From contig JBBDSL010000004.1 in NCBI GenBank assembly GCA_040904965.1, positions 101-64,100 on the forward strand: a stretch of DNA of 64,000 nt, given 5' to 3'. The translations under genes and the position numbers were made by a program. This document shows positions 57,701 to 64,000 of this stretch, one piece after another. Numbering within the stretch: the first letter of the stretch is position 1; every line of letters begins with the position of its first letter. The DNA is from Wenzhouxiangellaceae bacterium. GTDB taxonomy: Bacteria > Pseudomonadota > Gammaproteobacteria > Xanthomonadales > Wenzhouxiangellaceae. Under the pieces are notes generated by a model that worked only from the letters and a program-made list of their open reading frames with translations, had not been told where the DNA came from and did no database searches.

Positions 57701-58058
57701 CGGACGGGTGCTGGTGGTCGATAACGACCCGCAGATGCTGGCCTCGCTGGAACAACTGCTCGGCGACTGGGGCTTCACCGTTGCCATGGCCACAGGCGGT
57801 GACCAGGCGCTGGCGCTATCGGCGGCGAAGAGATTCGACATGGTCATCCTCGACTACCATCTCGACGGCGGCGAAACCGGTCTCGATCTGCTGAATAGAC
57901 TGCGCGCGCAGCCAACCGATTGCCCGGCGCTGCTGATCAGCGCCGACCACGCCGCCGAACTGAAGAATGCGGCGCGCGAAGCCGGCTGCGGGCTGCTGCA
58001 CAAACCGATCCGGCCGCTGGCATTGCGCTCGGTCATGCGGCGCATTCTGGCGCAGTAA
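54726..58058 (+). CDS. hybrid sensor histidine kinase with N-terminal sodium:solute-symporter-like domain (CrbS/CbrA-like)
   Basis: 1110 aa: a polytopic N-terminus, a PAS region, the H-box FLAAVSHDLVQPLN, an HATPase region (GLGLAIAE) and a receiver domain (VLVVDND...DMVILDYHL). Confidence 0.8.
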   Translation: MSQLPGSVLAFAGLIWLGLLFAAALAGERAPERFRRYWPVVYSLSLAVYCTAWTFYGTTTQAVRSGWPVPPTFVGTILIFVFGWPFLMRLVALSKQHNSTSIADFIASRFGKSSMLAAVVTTVAVLGVVPYISLQLKAVAMSFGALAGVSSESAGLAAWQDLAFFIAVFMALFAVLFGTRRASAVEHNRGLVLAMGFESLFKLAAMLALGFFVLFVLYDGPGDWAASTPSQPFSSVGTFITLMLLGALAMFTLPHQFHIGVVECRDGDHIKTARWLFPLFLLLIGLPALPLARAGEALLGGQAVPPDLYVLMLPLSDGNSALALFAFLGGLSAATGMVILASLTLSIMIGNHWLTPILLNRREFAAGELGIPVRIQRRLGIVLVVLLAYAYSRLAGTAEALADIGVVSFSGLAQLAPAVILAVYRPGLRPRALLAGLLGGVVVWAYVLLLPLLIAHDPQTHWIGQGPFDVEWLAPTDLLGLGALESLPRAVLVSLLVNLVLIGLGQRTGLRPGARATETQRLEPEVLRGLATRFLPDDRSALLFDSGLDEHELEAGVEHELAAVVGAASARLLLDAARRRAPAPLETVADLVGQASEQARFSREVLSGALENMSQGICVVDAEMRLVAWNQTYLDLFDYPGELIRVGRPVADLLRHNADKGLMAAGDTETKIQRRLAHKRAGTRHRVERPWPDGRIIEIRGNPMPGGGFVATFTDVTAFRKTEAELKQINETLEQRVTDRTAELQQAKVQAERANNAKSRFLAAVSHDLVQPLNAAQLMTHSLARRVDDDEQRRAVARISGALGATEDLLEGLLDISRLDAGGLEPRVIEFPLGELFEQLSGEFSVLARERGLALHCMPTAVSVRSDPQLLRRILQNFLSNAVRYTRSGRIVLGLRRRGDAVLAGVWDTGPGIPQASRRLIFEEFRRLDADAASPGLGLGLAIAERMARLLDHALVLESSEGRGTLFGVLVPRTEAVRHAPKTSATAEAPGGGRVLVVDNDPQMLASLEQLLGDWGFTVAMATGGDQALALSAAKRFDMVILDYHLDGGETGLDLLNRLRAQPTDCPALLISADHAAELKNAAREAGCGLLHKPIRPLALRSVMRRILAQ

Positions 58059-58158
58059 ACCCGCTGTTACGACTTGGCCCGTGCGGCAGCACCGCCATGG
58101 ACCGGCGGAGGGCACTGTAAACGCCAACGTTGTATAAAATCTACTGATTACGTGGTTG

Positions 58159-58233
58159 ACTCTGCCACGCTGAGACAGGAAAACCCGGGAACCGCAGATT
58201 ACGCAGATTGTTGTTTTACCTGGAATGATTCTC
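58159..58233. repeat. second copy of the ~75-nt dispersed element
   Basis: Aligns with 34843-34917. Confidence 0.75.
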
Positions 58234-58369
58234 GTTACAGCGATATCAGAATTTCGTAAGAAAAAACCAATGAAAACCGGAATATTTGCCGCCACTGAGG
58301 CTCTGATTGCTATTGCATTTTCAACGGCTTCTTTCACAGCCGGGACGAAAGTCGCGTGACGGGGGTCGG

Positions 58370-58406
58370 GTAGGAAAATTCCTACGGCGGGTAGGAATTT
58401 TCCTAC
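58370..58406. repeat. GTAGGAAAATTCCTAC and its reverse complement, 5 nt apart
   Basis: gtaggaaaattcctac-ggcgg-gtaggaattttcctac, with a further partial aaatcctac downstream. Confidence 0.75.
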
Positions 58407-58782
58407 GAAATTTCCGAAGAAATCCTACAAGAATTCGAGCAAGGGATTACGAGTTATGGCCCAATAAAGAGAATTGGAAGTACTTATTCCGTGGGTTATC
58501 AGCGCGCAAAAATCGTTTGGCAATGAGAGTGTGAATTTGCTGAGTGATCTTCGACTCTGTTTCTTTATCGGGCACCTGCGCGCGCCGTCCGCGACCAGGC
58601 CACGGCGGCGGCCACGCCCACCGCGCTGGAACCCGCTTCAGCAAACGGAAACCGCGATTGACCACGATCGAATCGACCCACCTCCGATAACGATCGAAGC
58701 CGGAATCGCGAGGCTGCCACTGAGCCAAAGAGGAACAGGGCGATCGTACAGAAAGATCCCGGATCAGCGCCACGATCTAATA

Positions 58783-58935
58783 CCAAACCACCTGGCCGAT
58801 CAACCCGCACCGCCACTCTCTGCCGCCTGTAAAGCGCATTTTTGGTTACTTTTTTTGCAACCGAAAAAAGTCACTCGCATCAGCCAGCGCAGCTGGCGGC
58901 GAAACCGCTTTTGACGTTGAATTTGAAAAGCTGCC
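58783..58935. repeat. second copy of the ~150-nt dispersed element
   Basis: Aligns with window positions 1-155. Confidence 0.6.
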
Positions 58936-59093
58936 CGCACCCAGTCTGGGTGCAAAACTCCAGCGCGAGGCGAAACGGTTTTAGAAGTTGACGTTGAAGT
59001 TAGAAGTCAACGTTGAAATTGAAAGCCGCCCACCGCGTTAGAATATCCGCTATCCAAACCAACCGCGTCGCCAGGCGGCCGGGAGCAAACGCA

Positions 59094-60227
59094 ATGATCC
59101 AGATCAGCAGTCAATTCGATGCCGGCAACATCGAAGTCGTCAAGGCCGAAGATGCATCCGACATTCGCCTGAAGATCCGCCGTGATGCCGGTGACGAGCA
59201 TGCGCAGTGGTTTTATTTCCAGTTGTCCAATGCCGCCGGACAGCGCTGCACGATGACGATCGAAAATGCCGGCGAGATGTCCTATCCGGACGGTTTCCAC
59301 GACTATCACGCGGTGTCTTCCACCGATGGCGAGCAGTGGTTCCGGGTGCCGACCGCGTTCGATGGCAATCATCTGGTGATTTCGCACGAGCCGTCCGCCG
59401 ACCAGATCTTCTACGCGTACTTCGCCCCTTACAGCTACGAGCGCCATCAGTGGCTGATTGCCGACGCGGCGGTATCGGACCGGGTGCGCACCGAAGTGCT
59501 GTGCCCGACGCCGGACGGGCGCGCCTTGACGTTGCTGAGGATCGGCGACGAGACCGCCGGCCACAAGCGAATCTGGATTACCGCACGCCAGCATCCCGGC
59601 GAGAGCATGGCCGAGTGGTGGGTGGAAGGCTTTCTCGAACGCTTGCTGGACCCTGAAGACGGCGTCTCCCGCGCATTGCTGGATCACTCCGTAATTTACA
59701 TCGTGCCCAACATGAACCCGGACGGGAGCGTGCGCGGCCACCTGCGCGTCAATGCCCACGGCGTCAACCTCAACCGTGCCTGGCGCGATCCGGATCCGGA
59801 GACCTCGCCCGAGGTCTACCATGTGCGCGAGCGCATGCACGCCACCGGTGTCGACATTGCGCTGGACGTGCACGGCGACGAGGCCCTGCCGTACAACTTC
59901 ATCGCCGGCGGCGAGGGCGTTGAGCGCTGGAACGACGCGATGGAAAACGATCTGCAGGCGTTCAAGGAACTGCTTGCCCGGATCTGTCCGGATTTCCAGA
60001 CCGAATTCGGTTACGAGCGCGATGCGCCGAAGTCGGCCGACCTGCGCAAGTGCACCGACTATGTCGCCGAAACGTTCGGCTGCCTGGCGATGACGCTGGA
60101 AATGCCGTTCAAGGATGCCGCCAACCACCCCATGCCGGAGATCGGCTGGTCGCGGGGCCGTTGCCGCAAGCTGGGCGCTGTGTGCGTGGATGCGTTCTGG
60201 CAGACGATTTCCGGCGGTGGTGCCTGA
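59094..60227 (+). CDS. M14-family zinc carboxypeptidase-like protein
   Basis: Start trimmed to MIQISSQFDAGNIEV. ARQHPGESMAEWW (HxxE zinc motif), NMNPDG, NLNRAW. Confidence 0.75.
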   Translation: MIQISSQFDAGNIEVVKAEDASDIRLKIRRDAGDEHAQWFYFQLSNAAGQRCTMTIENAGEMSYPDGFHDYHAVSSTDGEQWFRVPTAFDGNHLVISHEPSADQIFYAYFAPYSYERHQWLIADAAVSDRVRTEVLCPTPDGRALTLLRIGDETAGHKRIWITARQHPGESMAEWWVEGFLERLLDPEDGVSRALLDHSVIYIVPNMNPDGSVRGHLRVNAHGVNLNRAWRDPDPETSPEVYHVRERMHATGVDIALDVHGDEALPYNFIAGGEGVERWNDAMENDLQAFKELLARICPDFQTEFGYERDAPKSADLRKCTDYVAETFGCLAMTLEMPFKDAANHPMPEIGWSRGRCRKLGAVCVDAFWQTISGGGA

Positions 60228-60249
60228 TTCCAGATTTTGCAATGCCGCA

Positions 60250-60540
60250 AAAAAGTCAACGGCGGAAAACAGCTCTCGCGAAGGCGCCAAGGCGCTAAGA
60301 AGGGCGAAAAGGGAAAAAGCTGCATTTCCCGCGGAGATGCAGAAGCGCAGAGAAAGCCGTTTGAAAGATGATTGCAGAATGAATCGGGAATTTATCGGGT
60401 TACTTCGATTTTTGCAGTAGTTCTCTCTGCGCCTCTGCGTCTTTGCGAGAAAAAGCCTTTGACTGGCTTTTCCTTCGCGCCTTTGCGCCTTTGCGAGAGC
60501 TGTTTTCCGCCTTTTTTAACGGGAGGACATCGAAGGATAT
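60250..60540. repeat. nested hairpin element with GC-rich tandem arms (gcgccaaggcgc / gcgcctttgcgcctttgcg)
   Basis: cggcggaaaacagctctcgcgaaggcgccaaggcgc ... ccttcgcgcctttgcgcctttgcgagagctgttttccgcc, with inner arms gcagaagcgcagagaaagcc / ctctctgcgcctctgcgtctttgc. Confidence 0.75.
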
Positions 60541-60544
60541 CCGG

Positions 60545-61318
60545 TCAGTCGACCGGGCCTGTTTCCCGGGCTTGGTCCTCGTCGGTCCGCTGTCGATGCA
60601 CCATGCGCGCGAATACGATGCCGATCTCGTACAGGGCCCAGACCGGCAGCGCCAGCAGGGTCTGTGAGACCATGTCCGGCGGGGTGATGAGCATGGCGAT
60701 GAAGAACACGCCGACGACCACATAACCTCGTATCTTGGCCAGCCCGGCCGGGGTGACCACGCCGATGGCGACCAGCACGACGGTGACCACAGGGACCTCG
60801 AACGAAAAACCGAAGGCCAGGAACATCACCAGGATGAAATCGAGGTAGCGGTTGATGTCGGTCATCACTGCCACGCCTTCGGGCGCGATCTTGGTGATGA
60901 AAGTGAAGATGACCGGCAATACGATGAAATAGGCGAACAGACAGCCGAGGTAAAACAGCACCGTGGCCGCGGCCAGCAAAGGCTTGGCGATCCGCTTTTC
61001 ATGTTGATAAAGGCCCGGCGCGACGAATGACCAGGCCTGGTAGATCACATAGGGCATGGCCACCAGGATCGCCAGGATGAGCACCAGCTTGAATGGTGCG
61101 AAGATCGGCGAGGCGACATCGATGGCGATCATGCTGGTGCCTTCCGGCAGTCGGGAGACCAGCGGCTCGGAGACGATGCTGTAGAGCTTGCGCGCGAACG
61201 GCGCCATGGCCAGCATGCAGACCGCGATCACCACCACCGACCGGATCAGCCGATTCCTCAGCTCCAGCAGATGGTCGATCAGGGACAGTTCCTGGTCAGT
61301 TTCGACTGGCTGGCTCAT
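60545..61318 (-). CDS. tatC: twin-arginine translocase subunit TatC
   Basis: 257 aa. LIDHLLELRNRLI, six TM segments. Confidence 0.9.
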   Translation of the reverse strand: MSQPVETDQELSLIDHLLELRNRLIRSVVVIAVCMLAMAPFARKLYSIVSEPLVSRLPEGTSMIAIDVASPIFAPFKLVLILAILVAMPYVIYQAWSFVAPGLYQHEKRIAKPLLAAATVLFYLGCLFAYFIVLPVIFTFITKIAPEGVAVMTDINRYLDFILVMFLAFGFSFEVPVVTVVLVAIGVVTPAGLAKIRGYVVVGVFFIAMLITPPDMVSQTLLALPVWALYEIGIVFARMVHRQRTDEDQARETGPVD

Positions 61319-61628
61319 CGCGCTCGCCGGTGTTGCCGGGTTCAGTGCAACCGGTGTTGCCGGGTTCAGTGGTAGATTCCGGGGCCGACGGCTCGCTGCC
61401 GTTGGCTGCGTCGAGCTTTCCGCCGGTCTTGTCGGCTTCCATGATCTTGCGGTTGTGTTCGGCGTCCATTTCCGCCTGGAGCTCGGATTGCAGGCCCTGC
61501 CAAGCGTTACGCGCCTGGCGTGTCAGTCTTCCGGCGGTGCGGGCAATCCTGGGAAGTTTCTGCGGACCAACGACGATCAGCGCGATCACTGCCAACAGCA
61601 GTATCTCGGTAAAACCGGCGCCGCCCAT
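61296..61628 (-). CDS. tatB: twin-arginine translocase subunit TatB
   Basis: 110 aa. GFTEILLLAVIALIVVGPQKLP. Confidence 0.8.
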   Translation of the reverse strand: MGGAGFTEILLLAVIALIVVGPQKLPRIARTAGRLTRQARNAWQGLQSELQAEMDAEHNRKIMEADKTGGKLDAANGSEPSAPESTTEPGNTGCTEPGNTGERDEPASRN

Positions 61629-61631
61629 CGA

Positions 61632-61865
61632 TCAGGATTTCGGTTTTTCGGAACCGGATTCGGGCGGTTCTGCCGACGTCGATTCCCCGGTGGTCGCGTC
61701 CTCCTTGTCTTCCTCGCGCTCTTCCTCGTTGCTCATGCCCTTGCGAAAGTCGCGGATTGCAGAGCCGAGATCACCGCCCACGTTGCGCAGCTTCTTGGTG
61801 CCGAAGATCAGCAGTACGATCAGAAAAATGATCAATAGCTGCATAGGGCCGATATTGCCAAGCAT
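61632..61865 (-). CDS. tatA: twin-arginine translocase subunit TatA
   Basis: 77 aa. [25 protein letters not shown]. Confidence 0.85.
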   Translation of the reverse strand: MLGNIGPMQLLIIFLIVLLIFGTKKLRNVGGDLGSAIRDFRKGMSNEEEREEDKEDATTGESTSAEPPESGSEKPKS

Positions 61866-61906
61866 GACTTTAGTCTCCGATGGTGCCTTGGATGAGGTCC
61901 GTCATT

Positions 61907-62869
61907 CTACCGCTGCTGGCGGCTAAGCGTCCACCATGATGCGATCAGCAGCAGAAACGCAAGAATTGCCAGCCCGCCCGGGTTGTTGGCGGGAATGATG
62001 ACCGCTTCCGGATCGTCCCCGTCGCTGCCGCGCCCGCCGCAACCGCCGGGCGGGGCAATGGCCAGCGATTCGAACCCGATCAGCTCGGCATCCGCCGACT
62101 TCTGCGCGGCGCCGGTTTCCAGGTCGATTCTCAGGATTTCGGAGCGGATATCCGGTATGCCGTTGGCCCGCCGGTCGGTAATCGCCCACAGATTGCCCTG
62201 GGTGTCGAAGGCCAAGCCCGCGTTGGCGTACGGCAGTACCGCCTGGCCCAGCGATCCGATAAATTCCGCAGTTGCCGTGTCACGGTCGATGCGGTAGAGA
62301 TTGGGGGCATCCGTGGAAAATTCGCCATCGACGCCGCTCAGGCCCTGGCCGATGCCGTATAGCGCGTCGCCCCAGCTTGCCAGGTCGGTGATCGGTGCGC
62401 CCAGGCTGCCGGGCTGGCCGATGCGCTCCAGACGCCCGGTCTCCAGCGATGCATGGAACAGGCTTCGTTCGGTATCGGAACTGACCAGCAATTCGCCGCT
62501 GCAGGTAAACGTCATGCCGAAATCCATCGGCTCGGCGAGCGGAATGCCCATATTGCTGCGCAGGCCGCCGACCGGGCTGGAAAATCCGCTGTTGATGTTG
62601 ACGGTGACCAGCGTCTTGGTCGAGTCGTCGGCGCCGTATAGCGTGCCGTCCGGTGCCAGTGCCAAGCCTTCCATATCGGTGAAACCGGTCTGGCCAATCC
62701 GTACGATCTGACCGGTCGACAGGTTGACCTGCCACAGGTTATGGATGTCTTCGGTTGCGCCGAATCCGCGCGAATTCACCGCCAGTCCGCTGGGCTGTGC
62801 CCACGCCACGCCGTGCGCAATCAGCAGCGCAAGTACGGCGACGGTTTTTGTCAGGCACACGGATTTCAT
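61907..62869 (-). CDS. secreted beta-propeller-like repeat protein with a C-terminal TM/basic tail
   Basis: Start trimmed to MKSVCLTKTVAVLALLIAHGVAWA. Repeated ..LY..D......v....G....iG motifs. Tail IIPANNPGGLAILAFLLLIASWWTLSRQQR. Confidence 0.6.
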   Translation of the reverse strand: MKSVCLTKTVAVLALLIAHGVAWAQPSGLAVNSRGFGATEDIHNLWQVNLSTGQIVRIGQTGFTDMEGLALAPDGTLYGADDSTKTLVTVNINSGFSSPVGGLRSNMGIPLAEPMDFGMTFTCSGELLVSSDTERSLFHASLETGRLERIGQPGSLGAPITDLASWGDALYGIGQGLSGVDGEFSTDAPNLYRIDRDTATAEFIGSLGQAVLPYANAGLAFDTQGNLWAITDRRANGIPDIRSEILRIDLETGAAQKSADAELIGFESLAIAPPGGCGGRGSDGDDPEAVIIPANNPGGLAILAFLLLIASWWTLSRQQR

Positions 62870-62987
62870 GATATTGGTTTTTATATGTACTCTTCTCCGA
62901 CGATCCCGATAGTAGCAGATTCGTGGCTTCGAGCACAATCCACGCCGGTGCCGGTACACTCTGCAAACGTTCAGTCGGGATTCGAGA

Positions 62988-64000
62988 ATGGCCGATTCAG
63001 TCAAGACTCTGCGCGCGGTACGCGAGCTGCCGGCGCATACCGAGCCGCCCAGGGCCGGCGTGCTGCTGGCGAACCTGGGTACGCCGGACCGGCCGGATGC
63101 GGCGGCAGTGCGCAAGTATTTGCGCGAATTCCTGTGGGACCGGCGCGTGGTCGAGGTGCCGCGAGCGATCTGGTGGGCGATCCTGAACCTGGTCATCGTT
63201 CCGTTCCGTTCGCCGCGTTCGGCCGAGGCCTACCGCCGGATCTGGACCGAACGCGGCTCGCCGTTGCTGTTTCATACCCGCGACCTGGCCCGGACCATGG
63301 AGCATGAATTCCAGCGCAGCCAGCCGCAGGTACGGGTATACCCGGCCATGCGTTACGGCACACCGGGCATCGCCGAGGCGCTGGAACAGGCCCGCCGCGA
63401 CAATGTGCAGCGGCTGATCGTGCTGCCCATGTACCCGCAGTACTCGGCCACCACCACGGCCAGCGTGTTCGATGGATTGGCCAATGCGTTCAAGAACACA
63501 CGCTGGCTGCCGGAATTGCGTTTCATTACCCACTACCACTACGACGAGGCCTGGGTGGAGGCGGTCGCCGATCGGATCCAGGCCTATCAGGAGACCCACG
63601 GCCAGCCCGGGCGGTTGCTGTTTTCGTTCCACGGGATTCCGAAGAAATATCTGCTCCGGGGCGATCCGTACTACTGCGAGTGCCGGTCCTCGGCGCGACG
63701 CATTGCCGCGCGGCTCAAGTTGGAACCGGACGCCTGGCAGGTCACGTTCCAGTCGCGGCTGGGGCGCGAGGAATGGCTCAGGCCGTATACCGACGAAACC
63801 CTGCTGGACCTTGCAAGGAAAGGCGTCGGGCATGTCCAGGTGATCTGCCCGGGGTTCGCGGTCGATTGCCTGGAGACCCTGGACGAAATCGGCGTGGAGA
63901 ACCGCGAGGCCTTCGAGCGGGCAGGCGGCGAAAAGCTCGAATACATTCCGGCGCTCAACGCCGAGCCGGACCACGCACGGGTGCTCACGGAGCTGTGCTG
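62988..64000 (+). CDS. hemH: ferrochelatase (3' end outside the window)
   Basis: Not in the ORF track because no stop occurs before the window end. ATG at 62988; GVLLANLGTPD...VRKYLREFLWDRRVVEVPR...SPL...VLPMYPQYS...FSFHGIP...LEYIPALN. Confidence 0.85.
   Translation, partial: MADSVKTLRAVRELPAHTEPPRAGVLLANLGTPDRPDAAAVRKYLREFLWDRRVVEVPRAIWWAILNLVIVPFRSPRSAEAYRRIWTERGSPLLFHTRDLARTMEHEFQRSQPQVRVYPAMRYGTPGIAEALEQARRDNVQRLIVLPMYPQYSATTTASVFDGLANAFKNTRWLPELRFITHYHYDEAWVEAVADRIQAYQETHGQPGRLLFSFHGIPKKYLLRGDPYYCECRSSARRIAARLKLEPDAWQVTFQSRLGREEWLRPYTDETLLDLARKGVGHVQVICPGFAVDCLETLDEIGVENREAFERAGGEKLEYIPALNAEPDHARVLTELC

Noticed and set aside
58271-58360. 29-codon ORF MKTGIFAATEALIAIAFSTASFTAGTKVA in the long intergenic region.
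   Set aside because: It is hydrophobic and could be a small membrane peptide. However, it is very short, has no clear RBS, and sits among repeats. The evidence is insufficient.

Overview
High-GC (gammaproteobacterium-like) chromosomal segment. The core genes are cca, a peptide ABC operon, hppA, a yerC-hisGDCBHAF(IE) operon in the Xanthomonadales-type order, a Reg_prop/GGDEF sensor, mltF, two anion permeases, a TonB-dependent receptor, a CrbS-like hybrid kinase, tatABC and hemH. A visibly AT-richer island of about 19 kb (about 2.98-21.96 kb) interrupts this core. I read it as a sedentary chromosomal integron: an internally deleted intI remnant on the minus strand, an attI-like GTTAGGC crossover point, then plus-strand gene cassettes separated by attC-like imperfect palindromes (RYYYAAC ... 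GTTRRRY, with the cassette TAA stop often inside the first core). The cassettes encode a TM-HEPN-like protein, a 2TM protein, an orphan minimal nucleotidyl-cyclase-like protein, GNAT, HAD, HNH, SnoaL-like and VOC proteins, a ParE toxin-antitoxin pair and a DUF4160/DUF2442 pair. The array also carries decayed mobile-element debris: IS110/IS1111-type remnants abutting attC cores, IS91-family and tyrosine-recombinase fragments, and a group II intron domain-V-like hairpin. The most unusual content is a four-gene module inside the array at 9161-15491: a small protein with a Tat leader, a LodA/GoxA-like quinoprotein, a LodB-like flavoprotein and a secreted pentahaem c-type cytochrome. This looks like an undescribed quinoprotein-dehydrogenase-to-haem electron-transfer variant of the normally two-gene lodAB oxidase system. 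Outside the island, several families of hairpin elements whose arms are short tandem repeats (GGGACTC, CACGAAGRR, GATGAACGCA) sit inside the his and peptide-ABC operons. There are also REP-like pairs, dispersed 75-150 nt repeats and candidate operator palindromes. I found no rRNA, tRNA or CRISPR array. All family assignments come from motif recognition by eye and need HMM or BLAST confirmation.
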